From a virus (Duplodnaviria; Caudoviricetes): a stretch of DNA of 64,000 nt. A model generated the notes under the pieces. That model was not told the DNA's origin, did no database searches, and worked only from the letters and a program-made list of their open reading frames with translations. The position numbers and the translations under genes are program-made. This document shows positions 20,701-30,409 of the stretch, in pieces; positions within the stretch are counted from its first letter, which is position 1, and every line of letters starts with the position of its first letter. The stretch lies in the IMG/VR virus record IMGVR_UViG_3300046167_000801. One strand, given 5' to 3'.

Positions 20701-23700
20701 AAAACCAAGATATTAGATTAACTAGTTTAGAAACTGAAAGTGGTAGTGTTAGAAGTGATTTTAATACCTACACATCATCTAACGATTCGACCAATACATC
20801 ACAAAATAATAGATTAAGTTCTTTAGAAACTAAGACTGGTAGTTTAGATGGTAATATTACAGGTTTAGATGGTAGGTTAGATACAATAGAAGGTGGTTTA
20901 GAATTTACAGGTTCTAACGTAACTATCAAAGGTGATCTTTTAGTTAAGGGAACAGAAACAAGAGTGGATTCAACAACTGTTGAGATCGGTGATAATATCA
21001 TATCTTTAAATGGTAGTGGGGCACAAAATGCGGGTATAGAGGTTAGAGACAACACTTCTCCTGATTTATTATCGGGTTCATTATTATGGGACGGACAAAA
21101 CAACTATTGGAAGGGTGGTCAAAAAGGATCTGAAGAAAGATTATTAGATAATACCGATTTAACCACTTTAGATAGTAGATTAGATGGTATCGAGGCAGAA
21201 ACAGGAAGTTATCTTACAGACTACAACAATGAATACACAACAGGTGCTACATTTAATAGTGGTAACGGTGTAATTACATTTAAAAGAAATGATGGTGACA
21301 CATTTACTGTTGATATAGACGGTAGATTTTTAGACACAAGGGCACAAGTACATAGTGAATTATATAGTACAAATGGTGACGCTAATGATTATACAGAATT
21401 TGGTATATATAGAAATTACGCGTCTAACGGACCTATCAGTGGTCACAACACAATATTACATGTATCTCAAACAGACGGTAATTATGGTTTCCAATTAGGG
21501 GGATCAACAATAGTTAATGGTGACGGATTATACTTTAGAAATTTTGCGGGTACTGACTCAATAACGGGATCAACGTGGTATCACATCGCAACAAGAGATT
21601 GGGTTGATGATCAAAATTTCCTAACAGACTATAATGATGAATATACGACAGGTGCCACTTTTAATACTAGTGACGGTGTAATTACATTCAAAAGAAATGA
21701 TGGGGATACGTTTACCGTAGACATTGACGGAAGATTCCTAACAAGTTATTCTGAGACAGACACCTTAGATAGTGTAACTACAAGAGGGAATATTACAACA
21801 AACGACATAACTGTTGGTAATATAACTGCAGGACCCACTCTCGAATTGGGGGGTAATTTTAGTATACAAGGTACTGACGGAACTTACTACCAAAGAATAA
21901 AAACTATTGACACTTCATCAACAAGTGCGAATACTTTTAGTTTTGATGTTAAATTAGGAGCGAGTGCGAATTGGAAATCATTATTAATACTTAACCAAAA
22001 CGATACCGCTACTTTTTCAGGAGAAGTTATTGCTACTTCATTCACTAAAAGTGGGGGTACATCATCACAATTCTTAAAGGCGGATGGTAGTGTAGATTCA
22101 AATACATATTTAACACAGCACCCACCAATTGCATCACCAGCGTCTTCTAACAATAGTGGAAGAACATATATCCAAGATATACTATTAGACGGTAATGGAC
22201 ACGTAACAGGACTAACTACGGCCACTGAAACTGTCGTCAATACAGACACAAATGATATTGACTATGTGAGTTCCGCAACATTCAATACGGGTACAGGTGT
22301 AATAACAGGTACTGGTGTGGGTAATGCCGGATTTACTGTTGATATTGATGGTAGGTACGTTGAGTTAGGTGGAGGTACGATGACGGGTGGTTTAATTACA
22401 ACAAATTTACAAGTTCATGGAGGTTCCTCACAAATAGTTTTAAAAGACACAACGGACGATGACGACCATTCTATATTATTTAGAAATAACGCCGACGGTG
22501 ACGATTACAAGATAACAACCAAAGACTTTACGTCAGCCGCTACGGGAGACGGATTCTACCTTGGTTCAACGGGGGGTGACAACGTTGCATTAGTAACAAA
22601 CAACACAACCGCATTAAATATCGACACTTCTCAGAATTCGGTCTTTTCAGGGAACGTTACTGCATCTTCATTTATTAAAAGTGGGGGTACTTCATCTCAA
22701 TTCTTGAAAGCGGACGGTAGTGTTGATAGTAATACCTATTTAACACAACACCCGAATATATCTGCAGCATCTTCATCTAATAATAGTGGTCGAACTTACA
22801 TACAAGACATATTACTTGATAGTAATGGTCATGTTACAGGTTTAACAACTGCAAGTGAGACTGTAACTAATACAGACGAATTTACAACAGGTGCAACATT
22901 CAATACAGGTAACGGTATTATCACATTCACAAGAAATGACGGAGATACTTATACTGTAGATATTGATGGTAGGTATTTAACGTCATTCACAGAAACCGAT
23001 CCAATATTTACGGCTCATGCCGCTTACAATATCACATCGACTCAAATAACTAATTGGGATACCGCATATGGATGGGGTGACCATGCAGATGAAAATTACC
23101 TAACACAACACCCTAATGTAAATGCGGCAAGTAGTTCTAACAACAGTGGTAGAACATATATACAAGATATTTTATTAGATGGTAATGGTCATGTTACAGG
23201 TATAACCACATCATCAGAAACTGTGGTCAATACCGATGAATATACGACAGGTTCTACTTTTAATAGTGGTACGGGTATCATTACATTCACAAGAAATGAT
23301 GGTGACACTTATACTGTTGATATATCTGCAACATTATCGGAAGTTACTGTAACGGGTGGTACATATGATGGTTCAAGTCAAACATTAACATTGACAAAAT
23401 CAGATGGCGACACGGTAGATGTTACGGGTTTTGCGTTGGATACTGACGTAAACTACTATCTAACAGGTGCAACATTCAATACAGGTACAGGTGTAATCAC
23501 TTATAAAGTTAAGGGTGCATCCGATGTTACTGTTGATATTGATGGAAGATACTTACCACTTAGTGGGGGTACTATTTCAAGTAATAACACATATACTTTA
23601 AAGTTAGAAAACTCAAGTAATGGGTTAGGTACGGGAATTGAATTTAGTGATAACCCAGGGGCTGGTACACAAAGAGCATATATAACACATTACCATGGTG

Positions 23701-26700
23701 ACGGTTCTAGTTATGGTTCTGGTGCGTCTATAGTGTTATCAACAAATCAACCCACAATGACAATACTTGCCGATGGTAAGTTAATGTACAAAGAAGGTAT
23801 ATACTCCAAACCGGCGACAGGTACAGGTGCGGGTACAAGAAAAGATCAAAATTGGGATACCGCTTATGGGTGGGGAGACCACAGTACTGTTGGATATCTA
23901 ACTGGTTTTACTGAAACCTATACCGAACATGAGAATATAAGTGCGGCTTCCTCCTCTAATAATAGTGGAAGGACATACATTCAAGATATATTAGTTGATA
24001 GTAATGGTCATATAACTGGTATCACTACCGCAACAGAAACTGTTACTAATACAGACACAATCGATTATATTAATTCAGCGACATTCAATACAGGTACAGG
24101 TGTAATAACAGGTACTGGTGTGGGTAACGCAGGATTCACTGTAGATATTGATGGTAGATTTGTAAAATTAGGTGGAGACACCATGACAGGTACTCTTGAC
24201 GTACACGTTCCTGATGCAGGTACAATATTAAGTTCAGGTAATTCATCTGCAACAGGTACACCTGACCAATTCTTCATTAAACACGTTAATGGTGGTGTTG
24301 CAATTGGGAACCTTAGAGGTGATATAAACTTCACAAGCGGTAACTTAAAGAATGACGGTAATCTCATATGGGATGCCGGTGATTTCACATCAACCAACAT
24401 AAGTAATTGGGACACCGCATATGGATGGGGTGATCACAGCACTGTAGGATACCTAACAGGATATACCGATACAAATGATATCGATTATGTTAATTCAGCA
24501 ACATTTAATACAGGTACAGGTGTCGTAACATTATCGGGTGTTGGAAATGCGGGTGCAACTGTTGACCTTGATGGTAGATACCTATTAGATACAACAGACA
24601 CATTTACGGGAGCACTTACAATTGCCGGTGATATAAGAGGTAATGGTCAACAACTAATATTAAACGCAGGTGAGTCCTACGCATATGCAACAGGACAGAC
24701 AAACGAATATGTTTATATCAATGCAGAACAAGGTCTTGAGGTTAATTCAGAAACAGGTAATTGGACAGTAAACGGATGGTCAGATAGAAAAACAGCATTA
24801 CTTAGAGGGGATTTACTTAGGTTAGATGGGGAAGACCTCACCAAAACTAATATCCAAAACTTCAAAACCGCATATGGATGGGGTGACCATTCCACTGAAG
24901 GGTACGTGAAAAATGACGAGTATACAACAGGTGCCACATTTAATAGTGGTAATGGTATAATCACATTTACAAGAAATGATGGTGACACATATACGGTTGA
25001 TGTAGACAATAGATATCTACAATTGTCGGGAGGATCGTTATCGGGTAATCTTAATATGACAGGTACTAACCCAATGATAAAGTTTGTTCCGACAGGAACT
25101 AATGATGGTGCGGGTATTAGATTTAACTACACCAATAATGATGGTGAAATGGAGTTTTGGACTTCTGATGATTATAGTGAACCATTTGTTTGGAGAGCAT
25201 ACGATGTAGGTTTAGATGGGACTGGAAACTATCAAGAGTGGATGAAACTCTACCAAAAGAAACTTTATATTGACGGTGAGGAATTAAGTAAAACAAACAT
25301 ACAGAACTTTAAAACCGCATATGCATGGGGTGACCATTCAATAGCGGGATACTCGGAAGTTGATTATTACACTACAGGTGCCACTTTTAATAATGGTTCA
25401 GGTACCCTTGAATTCACAAGAAATGATGGAAACACTTACAGTGTAAGTTTATCATCGGCCCTAGTAGACGTTACTGTAACGAGTGGTACATATAACAGTA
25501 GTAATCAGATACTAACCTTAACCAAATCAAACGGAAGTACCGTAGATATTTCAGGGTTTGCGGTTGATACAGATGTTAACTGGTATACGACAAGTGCATC
25601 ATTCAATACGAGTAACGGTATTATAACAGGGACACACCATGGAGGTACATGGACTGTCGATATTGATGGTAGGTATGGTTTAAAATCACTTTCAGAAAAT
25701 AAAACATATACAAGTGGTGGTAATGCTGTTGGTTCCTATTTAGGTGGACACTACTCAGGTGGTGGTACAGAAAAACCAAATTCAGCAACGTTTGGATCAG
25801 GAAAACTGAAGATAGCGATGCTATCAAACACTAACCTTGGATTCGGGGGATCTTGGAATGATGTACTTTGGATTAGTGCATATAATGGTAGTGATGTAAA
25901 AGGGTCACACGCATTGGTGTTCGACAAGTACAGTACAAATGTTTACGTCTCTGACCAATCATACGACTCGGCGTCATGGGGTACTGGATACCAATTATGG
26001 CACACCGGACACTTCCAACAAAGCAGTATTAATAATTGGAATACCGCATATGGATGGGGAGACCACTCAGCGGCAGGATATGCATCAGGTGACTTCCTAT
26101 TAAAATCTGGTGGAACTATGAGTGGTGCCATTAACATGAACGGTAGTGGTATTGATATGGTTAATGGTTCGATAAGTAATGTTAACCATATTACAATTGC
26201 AGACCCAGGACCAACAGAAGGTATTGAATGGTTAGGTGGTAATGGGTTTAGAATTGTTGAATCACCAAACGACTTAACAACAAACAGTGGTGGTAATTTA
26301 CAATTCGTTAAATCAAGTACAAGAATATTAACTTTAGGATCAAATGGTCAGTCAGAATTTACTGATAAGTTAACTCTAACATCTTCTACTTCAGGATCAA
26401 CAATATTTGATATCCAAGGTACAAGTGGCCAGTTATTCTCAATCACTGATGATTTGACGGGTGATCTATTCGCGGTTTCAGATTCATCAGGTGTACCAAT
26501 CCTAAATGTTAATGCGAATGGTGCGGTAACACTCGACCCACTTGGTTCTTTATATGTTGGAAATAATAAAGTAATTAATGGTAGTGGTAATATTGAGTTT
26601 GATGGACCTGTAACCACATCCAACCAAGGTAGAGGTATCTATTGGACAGGTTATGATAAAGAAGGTACCACAGATTTCTCAGATACCGCACATATATTAC

Positions 26701-28115
26701 ACACAAGTAATAGTGGTGGATTGGCAGGTTCTGTCATTGAGATTAAATCACATAACGATGCAACTGATGGTGTTAACTTTGTGGTTAATGGTAACAGTGC
26801 GGTTAGAATCAATGGTAACATTGTGGTTCACGCAGGTAACTATACTTCATACCAACAACACCCAACGATTACCGCGGCTAATTCTTCAGATAACTCGGGT
26901 AGAACATATATACAAGACATCTTATTAGATGGTAACGGACACGTTACGGGTGTTACAACAGCAACAGAGACAGTTACCGATAGTGGAAATGATAATGATA
27001 TAGATTACATAAGTGGAGCTACGTTTGATGATACTACAGGTGTAATTACAGGCACAGGAACAGGTAATGCTGGATTTACTGTCGATATTGATGGTAGGTA
27101 TTTAACTACTGAAACTTATACAGCACACGATAATATTACTGCGGCCACATCTTCTAACAATAGTGGTAGAACGTATGTTCAAGACATTTTAGTAGATGGT
27201 AACGGACACGTTACGGGTATAACTACGGCTACAGAAACAGTCACCGATAGTGGAAATGATAATTACTATGTTGATGGATTAAGTTTCGATACTGGTAATG
27301 GTGTTCTTACGGCGAGTGTGAATGGGGCAACTAATCAGACAGTCGATTTAGACGGTAGGTATTTAGGAACAGGAGACAAGGCGGCAGATTCTGATTTACT
27401 TGATGGTTTAGACCTTCATACGGGACGTAACAATGAGGCAAATAAAGTAGTACGTACAGATGCAAACGGTTATATCCAAGCTGGTTGGATTAATACAACA
27501 TCGGGAGCGAACGGTGCTTCAGATACCATAAGTAGAATTTACGCGTCGGGAGATGGTTATATTAGATATTATAGTAAGGCCGACTTCATTAGTCAATTAG
27601 GTTTAATTACTACAGGTAATATTGGTTCACAATCTGTAAATTATGCAACAACGGCAGGATCGGCGGATATGATTGATGGTGTTGCATTTAGAAACACAAA
27701 TTCAACTGGAGGGATTGATGCGGACTCCTTAAATAGTGCGGGTATCACATACTACACAGGTGGTGTGACAAACTTCTCAGGTAACGCAACTGACGGAGCT
27801 CTTTACTCACAAATATATAGTTCATCATGGCAACATCAAATTGCGGGTGACTATAGAAGTGGACGAATTGCGGTTAGAGGTAAAAATAATAATACTTGGC
27901 AATCTTGGAAAAAGATACCGGCGGTTAATGTTTCTACATTCAGTAATGTGGGTACCGTTACTTTTACCCATGGTTTAGGAACCGACAACGTGATTGTACA
28001 GGTATATGATAGTAATGGTGATTTATTTTTCCCTTCGGCAATAAATTCTTTAAATGGGGTGGTTGTGGTTAAATTTGAAACAAATAGATCAGGAAGAGTA
28101 GTCGTAACAGGATAA
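17784..28115 (+). CDS. Giant modular tail fibre / virion structural protein, 3443 aa
   Basis: Gly/Ser/Thr/Asn-rich, with coiled-coil repeats, a cupredoxin-like insert and shuffled beta-repeats. Fibre-type distal segments (ADSDLLDGLD...VVRTDANGYI, QHQIAGDY...IAVRGKNNNTWQSW) and a C-terminal THGLGTDNVIVQVYD domain. Confidence 0.85.
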   Translation: MNIFDPHITGSLSVSASAEIQGDLTVQGTIYGTAQIDGSVDNAISASHAASYLLTSSFNDYKNTAATTGSNIFIGDQTISGSLLPQGTLTHDLGSDTKRWNDIYLAGSTIDLGGTKITKNSDGDVQLHDSGNTLKRLIASEIELGHGSNKKVLKVNNGRLKLMATNDSDEELAQLSGSFTGSFRGDGSGLINVPASGVTGLSLDRIASTTATASISSDSLITNVSIIPSITNTIDLGAPDKEWRDLYLSSGSLYINGQQVLSTTGTELRVTTDSGESIKILETGSDTITLQTVDGDITLSSSGTGNIELDAPIQITAGNKIISSDGNSIVFGNGLIITGSIGLTGTVDGVDVASLKTDVDAILDSSEADKDSFAEIVGLINSVDTANDQAFAAHYTASNNRLSSLETTSGSHDGRLSSLETTSGSHSSKLNSLELASGSIIERLGEIEFITGSHDGRLDGLETFTGSVDGTIRSDFNSYTSSNDSTNTNQNSRLGSLETKSGSLNTDIKSKLNTENVVSGSEFVLNSTSPITQYVDVTVTASGGVYYIDGVEQQIVSLAKGLVYRFDVSDSSNAGHPFRFSTTDNNQYTDGVTVNGTEGRSGAYVQIIVNQDTPQTLLYYCTNHNGMGNKVFVGGAGDTDSITEGSTNLYYTDARVKSKLNTETVISGSEQVDITNTTNYNLVTNRIGSLESFTASIDDTYASDTDVTTLRNDLNTYTSSNDSTNTNQNSRLGSLETKSGSHDGRLDSIESFTSSIDDTYATDTDVTTLRNDLNTYTSSNDSTNTSQNNRLGSLETKTGSLDSDITDLRGDLNTYTSSNETDKQNLSGRVDSLETKTGSLTTDINTLDGRVDSIESFTASIDDTYATDTDVTNLTNRVGSLETKSGSLETTNTTQNNRLGSLETTSGSHDGRLDSLETKTGSLDTTNTNQDGRLDSIESFTASIDDTYASDTDVTTLRNDLNTYTSSNNTTNQNQDIRLTSLETESGSVRSDFNTYTSSNDSTNTSQNNRLSSLETKTGSLDGNITGLDGRLDTIEGGLEFTGSNVTIKGDLLVKGTETRVDSTTVEIGDNIISLNGSGAQNAGIEVRDNTSPDLLSGSLLWDGQNNYWKGGQKGSEERLLDNTDLTTLDSRLDGIEAETGSYLTDYNNEYTTGATFNSGNGVITFKRNDGDTFTVDIDGRFLDTRAQVHSELYSTNGDANDYTEFGIYRNYASNGPISGHNTILHVSQTDGNYGFQLGGSTIVNGDGLYFRNFAGTDSITGSTWYHIATRDWVDDQNFLTDYNDEYTTGATFNTSDGVITFKRNDGDTFTVDIDGRFLTSYSETDTLDSVTTRGNITTNDITVGNITAGPTLELGGNFSIQGTDGTYYQRIKTIDTSSTSANTFSFDVKLGASANWKSLLILNQNDTATFSGEVIATSFTKSGGTSSQFLKADGSVDSNTYLTQHPPIASPASSNNSGRTYIQDILLDGNGHVTGLTTATETVVNTDTNDIDYVSSATFNTGTGVITGTGVGNAGFTVDIDGRYVELGGGTMTGGLITTNLQVHGGSSQIVLKDTTDDDDHSILFRNNADGDDYKITTKDFTSAATGDGFYLGSTGGDNVALVTNNTTALNIDTSQNSVFSGNVTASSFIKSGGTSSQFLKADGSVDSNTYLTQHPNISAASSSNNSGRTYIQDILLDSNGHVTGLTTASETVTNTDEFTTGATFNTGNGIITFTRNDGDTYTVDIDGRYLTSFTETDPIFTAHAAYNITSTQITNWDTAYGWGDHADENYLTQHPNVNAASSSNNSGRTYIQDILLDGNGHVTGITTSSETVVNTDEYTTGSTFNSGTGIITFTRNDGDTYTVDISATLSEVTVTGGTYDGSSQTLTLTKSDGDTVDVTGFALDTDVNYYLTGATFNTGTGVITYKVKGASDVTVDIDGRYLPLSGGTISSNNTYTLKLENSSNGLGTGIEFSDNPGAGTQRAYITHYHGDGSSYGSGASIVLSTNQPTMTILADGKLMYKEGIYSKPATGTGAGTRKDQNWDTAYGWGDHSTVGYLTGFTETYTEHENISAASSSNNSGRTYIQDILVDSNGHITGITTATETVTNTDTIDYINSATFNTGTGVITGTGVGNAGFTVDIDGRFVKLGGDTMTGTLDVHVPDAGTILSSGNSSATGTPDQFFIKHVNGGVAIGNLRGDINFTSGNLKNDGNLIWDAGDFTSTNISNWDTAYGWGDHSTVGYLTGYTDTNDIDYVNSATFNTGTGVVTLSGVGNAGATVDLDGRYLLDTTDTFTGALTIAGDIRGNGQQLILNAGESYAYATGQTNEYVYINAEQGLEVNSETGNWTVNGWSDRKTALLRGDLLRLDGEDLTKTNIQNFKTAYGWGDHSTEGYVKNDEYTTGATFNSGNGIITFTRNDGDTYTVDVDNRYLQLSGGSLSGNLNMTGTNPMIKFVPTGTNDGAGIRFNYTNNDGEMEFWTSDDYSEPFVWRAYDVGLDGTGNYQEWMKLYQKKLYIDGEELSKTNIQNFKTAYAWGDHSIAGYSEVDYYTTGATFNNGSGTLEFTRNDGNTYSVSLSSALVDVTVTSGTYNSSNQILTLTKSNGSTVDISGFAVDTDVNWYTTSASFNTSNGIITGTHHGGTWTVDIDGRYGLKSLSENKTYTSGGNAVGSYLGGHYSGGGTEKPNSATFGSGKLKIAMLSNTNLGFGGSWNDVLWISAYNGSDVKGSHALVFDKYSTNVYVSDQSYDSASWGTGYQLWHTGHFQQSSINNWNTAYGWGDHSAAGYASGDFLLKSGGTMSGAINMNGSGIDMVNGSISNVNHITIADPGPTEGIEWLGGNGFRIVESPNDLTTNSGGNLQFVKSSTRILTLGSNGQSEFTDKLTLTSSTSGSTIFDIQGTSGQLFSITDDLTGDLFAVSDSSGVPILNVNANGAVTLDPLGSLYVGNNKVINGSGNIEFDGPVTTSNQGRGIYWTGYDKEGTTDFSDTAHILHTSNSGGLAGSVIEIKSHNDATDGVNFVVNGNSAVRINGNIVVHAGNYTSYQQHPTITAANSSDNSGRTYIQDILLDGNGHVTGVTTATETVTDSGNDNDIDYISGATFDDTTGVITGTGTGNAGFTVDIDGRYLTTETYTAHDNITAATSSNNSGRTYVQDILVDGNGHVTGITTATETVTDSGNDNYYVDGLSFDTGNGVLTASVNGATNQTVDLDGRYLGTGDKAADSDLLDGLDLHTGRNNEANKVVRTDANGYIQAGWINTTSGANGASDTISRIYASGDGYIRYYSKADFISQLGLITTGNIGSQSVNYATTAGSADMIDGVAFRNTNSTGGIDADSLNSAGITYYTGGVTNFSGNATDGALYSQIYSSSWQHQIAGDYRSGRIAVRGKNNNTWQSWKKIPAVNVSTFSNVGTVTFTHGLGTDNVIVQVYDSNGDLFFPSAINSLNGVVVVKFETNRSGRVVVTG
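18970..20900 (+). repeat. Coiled-coil repeat region (RLxSLETxSGS / SIDDTYAxDTDVTTLRNDLNTYTSSN units)
   Basis: Many peptide repeats. Exact DNA repeats include 50 nt at 19242-19291 = 19956-20005 and 51 nt at 19892-19942 = 20069-20119. Confidence 0.9.
21230..27370 (+). repeat. Interleaved fibre modules: SNNSGRTYIQDILLDGNGHVTG (6x), TTGATFNxGxGxITFxRNDGDTxTVDIDGR and variants (about 13x), NWDTAYGWGDH (6x)
   Basis: Counted directly in the translation. Confidence 0.9.
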
Positions 28116-28126
28116 AAAAGAGTTAA

Positions 28127-29266
28127 ATGATTAGAGAAAACGTAATAGTTAGTGGTTCACTTGACGTGAGTGGACAATTTATCATACCAAGAGGTAGTAG
28201 AGGGGAAAGACCTACTTCACCTGAGATAGGTTCTATGTACTTAGAAGAATCTACAAGTGGTAGTTTCGTTGTTACATACACTGGTTCATCTAATTATGAT
28301 GATGGTTGGGAACCAGTGGGTTCGCAAGATACTGACAGAACAGGATTCAAATACAGACAAATAATAAACTATTCATATTTGGCAGGTGGATATAAGTCAG
28401 GTTCACCTTGGAAGAATGTACATAAAACAATTAACGCAACCGACCAAACATCTCACTTAGGTGAGTTATTAGATTACCCTGCAAACTATACCTCAGGGGC
28501 GTGTAGTAAAACTAAATTATTTCTTTGGTCAACAAATACGGATGGTGCTCATAAAGGCGCAACTAACATACACTCAACACATACATCAGGTATTGATATG
28601 GTGAATGAAACAACATACACCCACCAATCTAAATGGGATTTATTAAATGCGAGAGATGATTGTGGTACCCTATTTAAAGAAACGGAGTTTGCGTATGTTT
28701 TTGGTGGATCTGTAGCAACAGTTGAGAAATTCAATTTAACAAATGAGACAATGTATACCACTTATTATCCTGGTGGTTCACCATATGTAACAACAACTTC
28801 ATCTATTACAAGTACTTTAGGTTCATCAGGATTCTCTGATGAAAATTATGGTTACGGTTACGGTTCTGAAAGTGGAAACAAATGTCACTTTGCTACTGAT
28901 GTGTTCGAGACAAGGGCATCCTCATGGGCGTCTAGTGGACAACAGAAAGGGATTAGTTCTAAGGTTGGTAAAGGGTATTGTGGAAATGAAGGTACATATA
29001 ATGGGGGTTATAATTTGAGAAGATGGGATGTCTTTACTGAAACCAATATAGGTAATGTACCTAAACCCCACCAAAATTGTGGTGAAGAAAACTTCACATT
29101 AGGACAAGACCATCAATACATGTTAGCAACATACGATGGTACAGGTCAAACAAATACAAGTTGGAAATTCTCATATACGACAGATACGGGTACGGTAAAT
29201 CCTGCAGGGTTAGCACCAGGTGTTAACGCAGGTGCATCATCAGGACATTGTGGTTGGAGAAATTAA
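28127..29266 (+). CDS. Putative virion beta-propeller (Kelch-like) protein, paralog 1
   Basis: Repeating YxxGG / EKFNLTNET / SKVGKGY / GEENF blades; ends SSGHCGWRN. Confidence 0.65.
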   Translation: MIRENVIVSGSLDVSGQFIIPRGSRGERPTSPEIGSMYLEESTSGSFVVTYTGSSNYDDGWEPVGSQDTDRTGFKYRQIINYSYLAGGYKSGSPWKNVHKTINATDQTSHLGELLDYPANYTSGACSKTKLFLWSTNTDGAHKGATNIHSTHTSGIDMVNETTYTHQSKWDLLNARDDCGTLFKETEFAYVFGGSVATVEKFNLTNETMYTTYYPGGSPYVTTTSSITSTLGSSGFSDENYGYGYGSESGNKCHFATDVFETRASSWASSGQQKGISSKVGKGYCGNEGTYNGGYNLRRWDVFTETNIGNVPKPHQNCGEENFTLGQDHQYMLATYDGTGQTNTSWKFSYTTDTGTVNPAGLAPGVNAGASSGHCGWRN

Positions 29267-29278
29267 CTATTTATAGAT

Positions 29279-30397
29279 ATGATATTTGAAAATTTAGAAA
29301 TTAGTGGGTCGTTAAGAGGTCAGGGAATAACAAGACCACCCTCAGGTGCAAAGGCGGATAGACCTTCCTCACCTGAAAAAGGATCTATGTTCTTAGAAAT
29401 GACGACATCGGGTAGTTTCGACAATAGTTTTCTAATGGTTTACACGGGTAATGGAAATGATTCTGGTTGGGAGAGAATTGCGAATCAAAGTAATTTTGGT
29501 AAAACCAGTTTTAGGTTCAATCAAATTATTAACTACTCTTATTTGGCGGGAGGGTATAAATCCTCATCACCTTGGAAGAATGTACATAAGACGGTAAACT
29601 CTACAGATCAAACATCACACTTGGGTGAATTGTTAGATTATCCTGCATCATATACTTCAGGTGCGTGTAGTAGAACTATTTTCTACGTATGGTCTGTTAA
29701 TAATGATGGTGCATGGAAGAGTGCGAGTAATGTACATGGTACATATACATCTGCGATTAATATGGTAACCGATACTAATTATACACACACCGCTGAGATG
29801 GATACTAATATAGCAAGAAGTGATTTAGGTACGATGCATAAGGAAACAGAAATGGCATATCTTTTTAGTGGGGGTAGTGCCACTGTTGAGTTATTTAATT
29901 TAACCACAGAATCCTTACATACGGCATATACACTATCAACAATAAACGGTAGTGATGGTGGTTCGGCATTTTCGGATGAACTATATGGTTATGGTTGGAC
30001 TTCAAGTGGAGGTGTCAAATTAAACTTTTCAACGGAAACTTTTGCAACATCCCCTCATTGGTCAAACCATTCACAACAAAAAGGTATCTCATCTAAAGTT
30101 GGTAAAGGTTATGCCGGTAATGAAGGTTCATATAGTGGTGGTTATAACTTAAGGAGATGGAGTAATCAAACAGACACCAATATAGGTAATGTTGTCAAAC
30201 CCGATGGTAACTGTGGTGAAGAGAATTTTACTATGGGTCAAGATTGGCAATACATGTTAGGTAATTATAATGGTCTCCAAAACAATAATTCATGGAAATT
30301 TACATACGCAACTGATACGGGTACAACAAGTGTAAGTGGGTTAAATCCCGCAGTAAACGCTGGTACTTCATCAGGTCATTGTGGTTGGAGAGAATAA
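29279..30397 (+). CDS. Putative virion beta-propeller (Kelch-like) protein, paralog 2
   Basis: Colinear with paralog 1; ends SSGHCGWRE; preceded by AACTATTTAT. Confidence 0.65.
   Translation: MIFENLEISGSLRGQGITRPPSGAKADRPSSPEKGSMFLEMTTSGSFDNSFLMVYTGNGNDSGWERIANQSNFGKTSFRFNQIINYSYLAGGYKSSSPWKNVHKTVNSTDQTSHLGELLDYPASYTSGACSRTIFYVWSVNNDGAWKSASNVHGTYTSAINMVTDTNYTHTAEMDTNIARSDLGTMHKETEMAYLFSGGSATVELFNLTTESLHTAYTLSTINGSDGGSAFSDELYGYGWTSSGGVKLNFSTETFATSPHWSNHSQQKGISSKVGKGYAGNEGSYSGGYNLRRWSNQTDTNIGNVVKPDGNCGEENFTMGQDWQYMLGNYNGLQNNNSWKFTYATDTGTTSVSGLNPAVNAGTSSGHCGWRE
30350..30396 (+). repeat. 47-nt exact direct repeat, copy 1 (copy 2 at 31478-31524)
   Basis: GCAGTAAACGCTGGTACTTCATCAGGTCATTGTGGTTGGAGAGAATA at the 3' ends of paralogs 2 and 3. 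Confidence 0.9.
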
Positions 30398-30409
30398 AAT
30401 TTTAAGAAT

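Noticed and set aside
23680-23700. Single HYH motif in the fibre as an iron-binding HxH tip
   Set aside because: One isolated occurrence in mid-protein, not the repeated distal HxH array of T4 gp37.
23050-26070. D-T-A in NWDTAYGWGDH as Bacteroidota O-glycosylation sequons
   Set aside because: The host system works in the periplasm while virions assemble in the cytoplasm, the motif is not kept in all copies (KTA, NTA), and D-(S/T)-x is common by chance in this protein.
18218-26928. Antisense and alternative-frame ORFs within the fibre gene (for example 18218-18925, 235 aa)
   Set aside because: They are shadows of a codon-biased repetitive gene, with no recognisable motifs and complete overlap with a well-supported CDS.
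27400-28115. C-terminal intramolecular chaperone (peptidase S74) on the fibre
   Set aside because: No S-D-x-R-x-K cleavage motif or terminal coiled coil; the protein ends in a short beta domain.
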